From positions 64,001 through 128,000 of IMG/VR virus record IMGVR_UViG_3300042397_002774: DNA of 64,000 bases; one strand, given 5' to 3'. Source of the DNA: a virus. Positions within the stretch are counted from its first letter, which is position 1, and each line of letters begins with the position of its first letter. The notes beneath the pieces are model-generated. The model searched no databases and was not told where the DNA came from. It worked only from the letters and a program-made list of their open reading frames with translations. Position numbers and translations under genes: made by a program. Positions 30,006 to 40,529 of the stretch are shown one piece after another.

Positions 30006-30024
30006 TATATTGTTACCTATTTAA

Positions 30025-30038
30025 TATAAATATAAATA
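30025..30038 (-). promoter_or_regulatory. Tandem putative late promoter motifs
   Basis: Two overlapping ATATTTATA copies upstream of 30005. Confidence 0.55.
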
Positions 30039-30067
30039 TTGAAGTTGCTGTATTTTAATCTATCCTA

Positions 30068-33000
30068 TTATCTATTTATAAGTTGTTTTACTAAATCTTT
30101 AAGTTCTTCTATTTCTGTCTTTTGAGATTCGATTTGTGTTTGTTGTTCTTTAATTGCTTCGATTAATAGACCTACCATATTACCATAGGCTACTGAATAC
30201 ATACCTGTGTTGTGATCTTGGTGTACTACTTCTGGTAGTACTTCTAAAACTTCTTGAGCTAATACCCCTGCACGTCTAATATTTCTTTCATCTTCTTCTG
30301 AATCCATTTTTGTGTAGGTAACTCCTCTAATAGCTTGAACTTTTTCTACGGCATTTGTGATAACTTCAACATTATCTTTTACTCTTGCATCTGAAAAGGC
30401 GGTGATATCCCCACCTGCTAAAATTGAACCATTTCCTTGATCAAATCTTATTTTTTCATATGCTGTTCTATTACCACTAGATCTAGAAGGTACAGTAAAA
30501 CTTCTAAGCTGACCAGTACTACTTTCAGAAGTTACACAAAAATAGTTATTTGGATTATCATGATATAATCCCCATCCTGTATAAGGTTCAAAATCTACAA
30601 ATATACCTGTCCATCCTTCACCAGTTACTTGTTGCATACCAAATGCAGCCCCTGCAGATGAGGTTCCAGAAGAATTTAATAACAATCCTGGTTGGTTATA
30701 TGTTGTTGCGTTTAATGAGTAAGGTGTGCTAATACCACTACCTAATGTTACATATCCTGAAATGCTATGATCTCCAGAGGCATTAATTTGCCATCTATAA
30801 CCACTACCACTACCATCATTTTTATATACATAAAAATTACCATCTCTACCAACTACTTCCCATTTATTATTTGCTGAGGCGTCCTGGAATTGTATAATAT
30901 TTCCTGATCCTCTTAAATACATTACTCTTGATGAGCCATCATTTGTAAGTATTAGATTCGGAGCAGCAATATAACTATTTACATTAAAACTTGCTAGGTT
31001 TTCCCAAGTTACATTTCTTGTAAAATCTATTTTAAGAGCACGTGTCCAAGTACCTGCTTGTCCTATTCTTAAATTAAATGCATCGTTGCTTACCCCATCA
31101 TAATATAAATTCCAACCCCACCCACCAGCTGAGCTATTAATTGATGGGTCCCCGGTGCTATTTGCAAAATCTACAGCATATAAATGAGCTTCACCATTAT
31201 TATCACAAGATATTACAGCTCCATGCTTTCTACCTGATGAATAATCATGAACCCATAATGAAGTTCTATCTATTCCTGAACCATATGGTATTAGGTTAGA
31301 ACTATAAGTAGAAGGGTTTTCAGTTGCTAAAATACTTCTTGCTCCTAATAAACCATTATGGTTTAATCTCATCTTAATTGTAGACCAATCAGTACTACCA
31401 TTTCTACTTGTATACCACTCATGTGAATGGTCTTCTGAAGCTGTACCAGATCTCCAATGACCAGAATAGTAACGCATATCGTTACCGTATGTTCTTATTA
31501 CACCAACATAATTATCTTCAATACCTAATTCTAAAGAAGGGTAACCACTAAACCCTCTTACTTGCACCCCAATAACAGTACTTCTTCCAGAAGCTCCACC
31601 ATCACCCGCTGTTAATATAATATTATTAGTTGTGTTAGTAATATATCCAGGACCGTTTGTAAGTTGGTTTAAGTTAGTTAAATTACCTGCATGCCAAACA
31701 GTATTCCCATTTACATTTAAACTTACATATGCACGTATTTCATCAGATTTAAAACCCATTACTTTAGTCCACCCTGATGTGTAAATTCCAAATGCTCTAG
31801 CTGAATCAAAATGTATACCCATTCCATATCTACCAAATACACCTTCTGATGAACTAGCTTTAATAATACCTTCATCCCATCCTGTACTATATGGTCCAAA
31901 TCTAATTCTTGGCCATTCTACAGTATCTGTATTAGTTAGATTAAATGTAACAAGCCCAGTAAATGTACCACCTCCTAGAGGCATTGCGTATGAACTATAG
32001 TTACCTGCATGAAGAACAGTATTACCATTTACAAATGCATCAGATGTACTTACTTCAAATCTAGTACCTTCAGTACCACCTCTATTATAAAGAGCCCATC
32101 TATTATTGCCTGCAGCTCCCATAGACCACGTACCTGCACTAGATATAATATCCACCCAAGTATTAGCATTACCCGATTGAAAAAGAGCAACTTGGTTTTG
32201 TGAATTATTTACAGAAAATTGACCATTTAATTGTATAGTTACTCTATTATTGCTACCACCATAAGGTCTAAATTCATATTGCCCACCATTATAAGCTCCA
32301 ATATCCCATATAGTTGTTCCATTATTTAAATGGCTTACATATGACCAGTTTGAAGTAGAATTAATACCTATATAAGAAGCTCCACCTGAATTGACATATA
32401 AACCTAAGGTATTAGTACTGGTTAACGTAGCTGATGTACTAGCTCCTCTACCTGTAACAGTAGCTAAAGTATCTGTTAATGATGTAACAGCATATGAACC
32501 TATATTTTTAGAAGTAACAAGATCAATCCAAGAAGACCAGTTATTACAACAATCTCTTAATGAACGAACTTTAACAGCAGGGCCTGTTGTTGATAACCAA
32601 TCAGCAGACATTTCAAATCCTCTACCACTAAGGTTAAATTGCATAGCAATGTCATAAGTGTAAGGACTATTAGCTCCACCATCATAAGCACCATATATAG
32701 CTAAACCATTAGCTATTTTTTGAGTTCTATCTACATTATAACTTATCCCTGTTCCTAAAACAGTTGCAGCATTTGCTCCTTGAGCACCTTGGGCTCCTGT
32801 CGCTCCTTGAGCTCCATTAGTACCATTTGTTCCATTTGTACCAGCTGTACCTTGAGCACCTGTCGCTCCTTGAGCTCCGTTTGTACCGTTTGTACCATTC
32901 GTTCCGGCGACACCTTGAGCTCCAGTTGCTCCTTGAGCTCCGTTTGTTCCATTAGTTCCATTCGTACCTGCAGTTCCTTGGGCACCTGTCGCTCCTTGAG

Positions 33001-34921
33001 CTCCGTTTGTTCCATTCGTACCTGCAGTACCTTGGTCGCCTTTAAAGCCTTGGAAACCTCTGTCGCCTTGATCGCCTTTAAAGCCTCTATCGCCTTGGTC
33101 TCCTTTATCTCCCTTGTCGCCTTTTAATCCTTGAAAACCTTGAGTCCCTCTATCACCTTGAGAACCTTGTCTTCCTTGATCGCCTTGGAAGCCTCTAGCA
33201 CCTTGATCACCTTGGTTACCTTGATCGCCTTTAAAACCTTGTTGGCCTGTAGAGCCTTGAGCGCCTGTTGAACCTTGAATACCTTGTACAGACATATCTG
33301 TAGTAAAGGACCAAACCCCACCGCTTCTTAAATATAATTTTCCATAATCTGGATCTGATTGAGATAAACTACCACCAACTAAACCGAATTGTCCATCAGG
33401 ACATGTATTGTCTGCTAATAATGCAGATACTGAGTTATATGTTTGGTAAATTATAAAACCTTGTCCTGTAATACCTTGGTATCCTTGATCACCCTTAGCA
33501 CCTTGAGCACCAGTAGTACCTTGTGTACCTACTGTACCTTGTATTCCTTGAAAACCTTGGAAGCCTCTATCGCCTTGGTCACCCTTATCGCCTTTAATAC
33601 CTTGAGGACCTATAGGACCTTGGTTGCCTTGATCTCCCTTAGCGCCTTGAAATCCTTGGTCGCCTTGATCGCCCTTAGTTCCTTGGATACCTTGATCACC
33701 TTGGAAACCTTGGATACCTTGAAAACCTTGATCTCCTTTAGCACCTTGTAAACCTGTTGGTCCTTGGTTACCTTGAAATCCAGTTTCACCTTGAGGACCT
33801 ACACTTCCTTGAGCTCCAACAGAACCTTGAGATCCAGTGGGGCCTTGAGCACCAACAGCACCTTGATTGCCTGTTGCTCCTTGAGCACCAACAGATCCTT
33901 GTGCACCTGTTGCACCTTGATTACCTTGAGAACCAATTTCTCCCAAGTAATTATTTATTTCTATAGTATCTCCTTCAGCAGCACCATTAGCTAAAACAAC
34001 GGTTGTACCGTTTGATGCTGTATAATCTACTCCTACTGTTTGTTTAACACCGTTCCAGAATACATCTACTAACCCAATATTATAACCACCAGGTACTGTA
34101 AATGTCGTTTGATTTAATGTTGTTGTAAATACAGTTACATTTCTTGCTGATGCACTTATTGCTCCTTGAGCTCCAGTTTCACCTTGACTACCTTGAAATC
34201 CTATAGGGCCTTGAAAACCTTGAGCACCTGTTACTCCTTGATCTCCTTTTACTCCTTGAAAACCTTGGAAACCTCTATCACCTTGAGTACCTTGTACTCC
34301 ATCAGCTCCAACATATCCTGCTTGGCCTTGGAAACCTTGGAAACCTTGATAACCCCTCATACCACCAACAGTAGCAACTGCAGTACCTGCTACAGGAACT
34401 GCAAAAGTAATTGTTAATGTATTAGCGTTTGTTGCTATAGTAGGAGCAACTAGAATTTGATCATCAATATCATATAATTCTACTACAGGATATTTTTCAT
34501 TTAAATTATGTGTAAACACCCATGTTGTTGAGGCAGCAAATGTTTGTTTGGCTGTTCTTCCATCTCCAGAACTAGCAGCTGTATTATCAATCCATACAGC
34601 TCCGTTTTCAGTTATTTGTAGAACTTGTCCTACAGATCCTGTACTATTAGTATAGTCACGAACTGTATTTGGTAGTTTTACACTACCACTTAATGTTAAA
34701 GCTCCTGTAATGTTGTGAGATGAACCTGAGATTGAAAGTGATCCTGTGTTTTGGGCGTTCGTTACAAGTATTTCTTCAATACTTTCGCCTGCTGATCCAC
34801 TTTTCTCAAAATAAATTTTACCGTCGTAGGTATTCATTGCCAACTCACCCAACTCCAACTGCGATGTAGTTGGTTTGTTGCCAGTGGTTGCACTCCTACG
34901 TAACTTAACAATTTGCGCCAT
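30068..34921 (-). CDS. Collagen-like fibre, Mtd_N-like N-terminus, S74 chaperone, 1617 aa
   Basis: [31 protein letters not shown]; three Gly-X-Y tracts; [10 protein letters not shown]...GVLAQEV...[10 protein letters not shown]. Confidence 0.85.
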   Translation of the reverse strand: MAQIVKLRRSATTGNKPTTSQLELGELAMNTYDGKIYFEKSGSAGESIEEILVTNAQNTGSLSISGSSHNITGALTLSGSVKLPNTVRDYTNSTGSVGQVLQITENGAVWIDNTAASSGDGRTAKQTFAASTTWVFTHNLNEKYPVVELYDIDDQILVAPTIATNANTLTITFAVPVAGTAVATVGGMRGYQGFQGFQGQAGYVGADGVQGTQGDRGFQGFQGVKGDQGVTGAQGFQGPIGFQGSQGETGAQGAISASARNVTVFTTTLNQTTFTVPGGYNIGLVDVFWNGVKQTVGVDYTASNGTTVVLANGAAEGDTIEINNYLGEIGSQGNQGATGAQGSVGAQGATGNQGAVGAQGPTGSQGSVGAQGSVGPQGETGFQGNQGPTGLQGAKGDQGFQGIQGFQGDQGIQGTKGDQGDQGFQGAKGDQGNQGPIGPQGIKGDKGDQGDRGFQGFQGIQGTVGTQGTTGAQGAKGDQGYQGITGQGFIIYQTYNSVSALLADNTCPDGQFGLVGGSLSQSDPDYGKLYLRSGGVWSFTTDMSVQGIQGSTGAQGSTGQQGFKGDQGNQGDQGARGFQGDQGRQGSQGDRGTQGFQGLKGDKGDKGDQGDRGFKGDQGDRGFQGFKGDQGTAGTNGTNGAQGATGAQGTAGTNGTNGTNGAQGATGAQGVAGTNGTNGTNGAQGATGAQGTAGTNGTNGTNGAQGATGAQGAQGANAATVLGTGISYNVDRTQKIANGLAIYGAYDGGANSPYTYDIAMQFNLSGRGFEMSADWLSTTGPAVKVRSLRDCCNNWSSWIDLVTSKNIGSYAVTSLTDTLATVTGRGASTSATLTSTNTLGLYVNSGGASYIGINSTSNWSYVSHLNNGTTIWDIGAYNGGQYEFRPYGGSNNRVTIQLNGQFSVNNSQNQVALFQSGNANTWVDIISSAGTWSMGAAGNNRWALYNRGGTEGTRFEVSTSDAFVNGNTVLHAGNYSSYAMPLGGGTFTGLVTFNLTNTDTVEWPRIRFGPYSTGWDEGIIKASSSEGVFGRYGMGIHFDSARAFGIYTSGWTKVMGFKSDEIRAYVSLNVNGNTVWHAGNLTNLNQLTNGPGYITNTTNNIILTAGDGGASGRSTVIGVQVRGFSGYPSLELGIEDNYVGVIRTYGNDMRYYSGHWRSGTASEDHSHEWYTSRNGSTDWSTIKMRLNHNGLLGARSILATENPSTYSSNLIPYGSGIDRTSLWVHDYSSGRKHGAVISCDNNGEAHLYAVDFANSTGDPSINSSAGGWGWNLYYDGVSNDAFNLRIGQAGTWTRALKIDFTRNVTWENLASFNVNSYIAAPNLILTNDGSSRVMYLRGSGNIIQFQDASANNKWEVVGRDGNFYVYKNDGSGSGYRWQINASGDHSISGYVTLGSGISTPYSLNATTYNQPGLLLNSSGTSSAGAAFGMQQVTGEGWTGIFVDFEPYTGWGLYHDNPNNYFCVTSESSTGQLRSFTVPSRSSGNRTAYEKIRFDQGNGSILAGGDITAFSDARVKDNVEVITNAVEKVQAIRGVTYTKMDSEEDERNIRRAGVLAQEVLEVLPEVVHQDHNTGMYSVAYGNMVGLLIEAIKEQQTQIESQKTEIEELKDLVKQLINR

Positions 34922-34979
34922 ATCTATGGTCTGTTTTTAATTTAGTATGTACTAATATGTCTTATGATCTATATAGATC
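34918..34979 (-). promoter_or_regulatory. Leader with three UANAUA-loop hairpins, one covering the AUG
   Basis: CCA-TATCTA-TGG (34918), TTAG-TATGTA-CTAA (34942), GATC-TATATA-GATC (34966). Confidence 0.5.
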
Positions 34980-34982
34980 GTG

Positions 34983-34990
34983 TATAAATA
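34983..34990 (-). promoter_or_regulatory. Putative late promoter motif
   Basis: ATATTTATA ~61 nt upstream of 34921. Confidence 0.6.
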
Positions 34991-34991
34991 T

Positions 34992-37900
34992 TTACTTAGA
35001 AGCTAACTGCGATTCTAGGTATGCTATTTTTGCATTTAATTCTTTTATTGCTTCTACTAATAATGCTGTAACTTTTCCATAGTCTATAGAATGTCTATCA
35101 TCAATGCCAGCAAGTAAATCAGCTTGGATGCTTACTACTTCAGGAACAATTTCTTTAACATCTTGAGCAATGAAACCAATTTTAGTAGATTTATCTTCAG
35201 TATCTATTCTATTGTAATAGACACCATTTATTTTTACTACTTTTTCTAAAGCATTAGTAATTGGTATAATATTTTCTTTAAGTCTAGCATCTGAATATGC
35301 TGTTACATCCCCGGTAGCTGTAGTATTACCACTATTATCAACTCTTAAAATCCAAGAACGACCTGTACTCAAAAATCCAATTGCATTATCTGAAGCGTTA
35401 TGTATATAATTTCTAGCTGTACCGCCACTTACTAAAAAGTGAATACTAGCATCAGAATTACCAGATCTCATATAAAAATCAGAACCATCTTTTGGGTATA
35501 AATGCCACCCTGTAGTTGACCAGTATATACCATTACTGTTAGTATGATTTCTAAACCAACCTCCTGTTGTGTATACATCACCACCTCTTACTACACTAAA
35601 ACTAACATCATCAGAAGTTCTTACATATTGATTCATATTCCAAGCATATGCAGCATTACTGGATGTCATTATTCTTTCCCAACCAGACCATCCTGAAGGA
35701 GTATATCCACTACCTACAGCATATCTGTAACTTAATCCTGAAGAACCACCCCACCATAATTGCATTTGTCTATGAGAAGTATTAAATTCACTCCATGGAG
35801 CGACTGTTTGCATAGCTCCCCAATAATCACCAGCTGGACCACCATTTTGTCCAGTATTATTAAAGTGCCATCCTACTCTATTTCCATCATAAGTATTAGG
35901 CCCATAACTTGTATCTCTCCAATCGGGGATATTTATACTTCCTGCATAACCACTAATATTTGTTACTCCAGTAATATATCCACTATTATTAGTAAATTGA
36001 GATATATTCATACTAGATAATGATCCTGCACTAGATGCATATCCTGCACTATCAGCATATCCTGCATATATTTTGCTCCAACCTCCCCAAGAACCACCTT
36101 CTAAAAATCTTACAGAAACATATGGATTACCCCCAGTGGATGTTCTATTCCAATAAAATTGAGATCCATAGTTACTATATTCGTTACCTAAACCAATAGT
36201 CATTCCATAATACTGAGAGGCTCCTGTACTAGGACCATTAGTATTTCCTTGCATATATCTAAAACCCCAATCTCCATAGCTATTAAAGTTAGTATAAGTA
36301 CCATGTACTTGACCCATATTATTAAATAACTGAGTAGACGATAGACCATTTAATTGAGATGAATTTGTTGCAGTAGTAGCTGTTGTTGCACTAGTAGCTG
36401 AAGTAGCTGTAGATGCATTTCCTATAAAATTACCACTATTATCTATATATGATACGTCTGTACCATTTCTTCTAAATTGAACAATTCTATCAGACCCACT
36501 ATCAGAAACAATATACCATCTAGCAGCATGATATTGTATTTTACCTTGTGTACCCGGGTCTCCAGTCCAGTTAGAAGTTGAATTACTTCTTATATCTGAA
36601 TTTGTTATTGTTATAGTTCCGGTCATTGTACCACCAGAAAGAGGTAATGCATAAGAAGAATAATTACTACTATCTAAAACAGTTCTCCATGCTTGCCAAG
36701 TACCACTATTTTTACCTCTAATAGCTATTTGACCCGTTCTAAAATCACCATATATTTGATGTATCCAAGATGAATTATAAGCAGATGAATATAACCCACC
36801 ATCTGTTTGTCCAAATAAACTTACAGATGTATTATAACCTAACTGATTTTGTGTTACTGAATCTGGATTGATTCCATTCGCACTACTAGTTAATGTTAAT
36901 CCTGATACAGAGCCTGCTGTTCCCGATGTATTTTGGTTCCATGTTGGTATATTACCAGCATGATAAATTATATTACCTCCTACAGTAGGTGTGGCTCTAG
37001 GAAAGTTTACTACACCTGTATTAGTTGCAGTCATAAATAATTGAGGGCCTGTTGCATATGAATCTGTTGTTGCAAACCCCATTGCAGTACCACTACTATT
37101 ATTATTAGAAACATAAATACCTGCTTGAGATTCAGAAGAAGAACCTCCCATAAAAGTAATTGCTGCTTGGTAATTATTTCCTGAAGTACCAGCTCCATTT
37201 TGAAAATGGTAATTACCTATTATTGTTTTCCCAACATTAAAACTGTTATTAGCAATACCTGTAGCCGTATTATAAGTAGTATATAAAATACCACTCATAG
37301 TATCTCCAGACCTAGCTACAGCATTTAAAGAACCTGCTGTGCCTTGAGCACCTTGTACTCCTGTACCTGTAGCTCCTTGAGCACCAGTACTACCTTGGGC
37401 GCCTGTAGCTCCTTGAGCACCTGTAGCACCTTGAGCACCATTAGTACCATTAGTACCATTAGTTCCGTTTGTACCTGCTGTTCCCTGTGCCCCAGTACTA
37501 CCTTGAGCGCCTGTAGCACCTTGGGCTCCAATAGTACCTTGAGCTCCATTCGATCCGTTAGTTCCATTAGTTCCTGCTGCTCCCTGAGCACCTGTTGCTC
37601 CTTGAGCACCATTTGTACCATTTGTACCTGCTGTTCCTTGTAAACCAGTAGGACCTATATTTCCTTGATCTCCTTTAGCACCTTGTAAACCAGTAGGACC
37701 TACTGGACCTTGGGTTCCTTGATGACCTTGCTGACCTGTAAATCCTTGATCACCTTTATCACCTTTTAATCCTTGAACACCAATAGCCCCTTGAAGACCA
37801 GTTGGTCCTGTAGCACCTTGCAATCCTGTTGGACCTATAGGACCTTGAGGACCTTGAACACCTTGAGGACCCCCTGCTAATAAATTTGTACCTACACCAG

Positions 37901-40409
37901 CAGAAGCTGCTGTTAAGTCAATATAAGCTCCTCTTGCATTTCCCCCTTGTTCAAAAAATCTTAATCTATTTTGCCAAACGTCTACTGTTACACCTACACC
38001 AACAAGTGATGTATTAGTTGCTGGTTTACCTAATAGTATTTCACCCCCTTCATCTCCTGATTGGTATAATATACTTAATTTTTGACCATCAAATTGAAGT
38101 AATGATTCTCCATTAAATGGAGTACTACTATTACCTGTAGCAGTAACAACATAATTGTCTGTGTTATTAGTTATTGAAACTGATGCTGATGTGCCTTGAT
38201 TTCCTTGAAAACCTTGATCGCCTTTAGCACCTTGATCACCTTTAGTACCTTGAAATCCAAATCCTTGATAACCTTGGAAGCCTCTATCACCCTGGTCGCC
38301 TTGAAAGCCTTTATCACCGGTTGGACCTTGAAAACCTTGAAATCCATCTCCTTGGTAACCTTGAAAACCCATGTCACCCTGAGCGCCTTGGAAACCTTGA
38401 TCTCCATCAGCACCTTGAGAGCCTTGATATCCAAAACCTTGATAACCTTGGAAACCCATATCGCCTTGAGGACCTTGAAAACCTTGATCGCCTTTAGTAC
38501 CTTGGACTCCAGTAGCACCCTGTGCTCCATCAGCACCAATATAGCCATCTGCCCCTTGAAAACCTTGATTACCTTTAGCACCTTGTAAGCCTGTAGGACC
38601 TTGATAGCCTTGATCACCTTGGTCACCATGGTCACCTTTAAATCCTTGATGACCTTGGAAACCTTGATCACCCATATCACCTTGAGTACCTTGAACACCT
38701 TGGAAACCAGTATCACCTTTAAATCCTTGAGCACCAGTAGGACCTTGATTGCCTTGATGGCCTTGAACACCAATAAGACCTTGATGGCCTTGGTTACCTT
38801 GAGCACCTATATTGCCTTGATCGCCTTTAGTACCTTGATGTCCTTGAGCACCTTGAGGTCCTAATTGTGTATAAGTAATTTGTTCTACATCTACAATAAC
38901 TGAAGGTGATTGTGGTTGACCATTTGAAGGTAAATTAACAATTTGTGCGTGATCAGAATTAGATTGAAAATAAAATTCTAAATAATCTCCAGCATTAACT
39001 GTAAAAATATAAGCTACATAAGGTAATTGATATGCACTATTTGATATTAAAGTAACAGTAGATGAACTTCTTGGAACATTAACTCCATTTATTTTAGCCC
39101 AAATAATAACATCAGCTGCAGAACCTCCTTGAGTTTTTCCTATTTGTGCTGAATATCCTATTCTGTAAGTTCCAGCATAATCAAAAATAATTTGAGATCC
39201 ACTAATACGAACCCCATTTGCATTTTCAGTTGTATTTAAGGTCCATACTGTTTCAGTATTTGCTGCTGTTACATTTTGAGTTTGAGTAGATGAAAATTGT
39301 CCATAGTAAGCTACTGTACCACCCACACCTACAGGACCCGCTATACCTTGATAACCTTGATCGCCTTGAAAACCTCTAGGACCTTGATTACCTTGAGGAC
39401 CTACTACTGTTGAATCAGCACCTTGATGACCTTGATCACCAATTAAACCTTGGAAACCTTGATATCCTTGAGGGCCTTGAGCACCTTGATCGCCTTTAAA
39501 ACCCTGGATGCCTTGATGGCCTTGAGCCCCTTGATCACCTTTTAAACCTTCATTACCTTGAAAACCTTGAAATCCTCTAACCCCCTGTGCACCTATTTCT
39601 CCTAAATAATTATCTATTTCTATTGTATCACCTATACTAGCAGGATTTGTTAATACTATTGTTGTACCATTTGATGCTGTGTAATCTACTCCTTCAGTTT
39701 GCTTAACACCATTCCAAAACACATCAACCATAGTTAACGTATATCCACCTGGTACTACAAATGTTGTTTGACCAGCAGTTGCAGTAAATATAGTTATATC
39801 TCTAGCAGATGAACTTACTGCTCCTTGGGCACCTGTTGCACCTTGACTACCTTGAAATCCTAAAGGACCTTGAAAACCTTGAGCACCATCTGCTCCAAGG
39901 AATCCATTAGATCCTTGAAAACCTTGGAATCCTATAACTCCTTGAGCACCAGTTGTACCATTAAATCCTTGATCGCCTTTATCGCCTTTATCTCCTTGAA
40001 AACCTTGGTCGCCTTTTGTTCCTTGAATGCCTTGAGGACCTGCTATGCCTTGAAAGCCTTGGTCGCCTTTTATACCTTGAAAACCTTGGTTGCCTTGAAA
40101 TCCTTGAACACCAACTGGTCCTTGATTACCTTGAGGACCTGCTATGCCTTGTGGACCTGGAGTTCCTATTGATCCTTGAGGACCTAATGGGCCAGGACCT
40201 CCTGAAGGGCCTGTTGCTCCTTGAGCACCTTGAGCTCCTGCTCCTCCTGTTTCACCAAGAGTTACAATAGTTTCAACACCGTTAACATTTTTCTTAAGAT
40301 AAACCTTACCATCGTAAGTATTCATAGCTAACTCACCTAATTGTAAGTCAGCAATTGTAGGAATCTTTCCAGGCGTAGCTGTTCTACGCAGAGTAATAAG
40401 ACGAGACAT
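34992..40409 (-). CDS. Collagen-like fibre, Mtd_N-like N-terminus, S74 chaperone, 1805 aa
   Basis: [31 protein letters not shown]; four Gly-X-Y tracts separated by globular inserts; YSDARLKENI...IGFIAQDV...LLVEAIKEL. Confidence 0.85.
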   Translation of the reverse strand: MSRLITLRRTATPGKIPTIADLQLGELAMNTYDGKVYLKKNVNGVETIVTLGETGGAGAQGAQGATGPSGGPGPLGPQGSIGTPGPQGIAGPQGNQGPVGVQGFQGNQGFQGIKGDQGFQGIAGPQGIQGTKGDQGFQGDKGDKGDQGFNGTTGAQGVIGFQGFQGSNGFLGADGAQGFQGPLGFQGSQGATGAQGAVSSSARDITIFTATAGQTTFVVPGGYTLTMVDVFWNGVKQTEGVDYTASNGTTIVLTNPASIGDTIEIDNYLGEIGAQGVRGFQGFQGNEGLKGDQGAQGHQGIQGFKGDQGAQGPQGYQGFQGLIGDQGHQGADSTVVGPQGNQGPRGFQGDQGYQGIAGPVGVGGTVAYYGQFSSTQTQNVTAANTETVWTLNTTENANGVRISGSQIIFDYAGTYRIGYSAQIGKTQGGSAADVIIWAKINGVNVPRSSSTVTLISNSAYQLPYVAYIFTVNAGDYLEFYFQSNSDHAQIVNLPSNGQPQSPSVIVDVEQITYTQLGPQGAQGHQGTKGDQGNIGAQGNQGHQGLIGVQGHQGNQGPTGAQGFKGDTGFQGVQGTQGDMGDQGFQGHQGFKGDHGDQGDQGYQGPTGLQGAKGNQGFQGADGYIGADGAQGATGVQGTKGDQGFQGPQGDMGFQGYQGFGYQGSQGADGDQGFQGAQGDMGFQGYQGDGFQGFQGPTGDKGFQGDQGDRGFQGYQGFGFQGTKGDQGAKGDQGFQGNQGTSASVSITNNTDNYVVTATGNSSTPFNGESLLQFDGQKLSILYQSGDEGGEILLGKPATNTSLVGVGVTVDVWQNRLRFFEQGGNARGAYIDLTAASAGVGTNLLAGGPQGVQGPQGPIGPTGLQGATGPTGLQGAIGVQGLKGDKGDQGFTGQQGHQGTQGPVGPTGLQGAKGDQGNIGPTGLQGTAGTNGTNGAQGATGAQGAAGTNGTNGSNGAQGTIGAQGATGAQGSTGAQGTAGTNGTNGTNGTNGAQGATGAQGATGAQGSTGAQGATGTGVQGAQGTAGSLNAVARSGDTMSGILYTTYNTATGIANNSFNVGKTIIGNYHFQNGAGTSGNNYQAAITFMGGSSSESQAGIYVSNNNSSGTAMGFATTDSYATGPQLFMTATNTGVVNFPRATPTVGGNIIYHAGNIPTWNQNTSGTAGSVSGLTLTSSANGINPDSVTQNQLGYNTSVSLFGQTDGGLYSSAYNSSWIHQIYGDFRTGQIAIRGKNSGTWQAWRTVLDSSNYSSYALPLSGGTMTGTITITNSDIRSNSTSNWTGDPGTQGKIQYHAARWYIVSDSGSDRIVQFRRNGTDVSYIDNSGNFIGNASTATSATSATTATTATNSSQLNGLSSTQLFNNMGQVHGTYTNFNSYGDWGFRYMQGNTNGPSTGASQYYGMTIGLGNEYSNYGSQFYWNRTSTGGNPYVSVRFLEGGSWGGWSKIYAGYADSAGYASSAGSLSSMNISQFTNNSGYITGVTNISGYAGSINIPDWRDTSYGPNTYDGNRVGWHFNNTGQNGGPAGDYWGAMQTVAPWSEFNTSHRQMQLWWGGSSGLSYRYAVGSGYTPSGWSGWERIMTSSNAAYAWNMNQYVRTSDDVSFSVVRGGDVYTTGGWFRNHTNSNGIYWSTTGWHLYPKDGSDFYMRSGNSDASIHFLVSGGTARNYIHNASDNAIGFLSTGRSWILRVDNSGNTTATGDVTAYSDARLKENIIPITNALEKVVKINGVYYNRIDTEDKSTKIGFIAQDVKEIVPEVVSIQADLLAGIDDRHSIDYGKVTALLVEAIKELNAKIAYLESQLASK

Positions 40410-40469
40410 AAGCGCTCAATATTTTTAAGTATATACTTGCACCTTGCGGTGACCTATCTATCAGGCATA

Positions 40470-40477
40470 TATAAATA
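40470..40477 (-). promoter_or_regulatory. Putative late promoter motif
   Basis: ATATTTATA ~60 nt upstream of 40409. Confidence 0.6.
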
Positions 40478-40478
40478 T

Positions 40479-40502
40479 AAAAGGGCTCCGAATTGGAGCC
40501 CT
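40479..40502 (-). terminator. Intrinsic terminator
   Basis: AGGGCTCC/GGAGCCCT stem plus T-run on minus strand. Confidence 0.8.
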
Positions 40503-40529
40503 AATTAATTATATATTTAAATTATTATT

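Noticed and set aside
13528-40270. Many plus-strand and alternative-frame ORFs over the collagen tracts (e.g. KVIKALKV..., LVAFVAF..., SPLSPW...)
   Set aside because: Shadows of Gly-X-Y codon periodicity; no independent starts or upstream motifs.
20178-40409. Diversity-generating retroelement suggested by Mtd_N-like domains and duplicated blocks
   Set aside because: No reverse transcriptase in the window. The duplicates are coding, differ mostly at synonymous sites rather than only at adenines, and are not at C-terminal tips.
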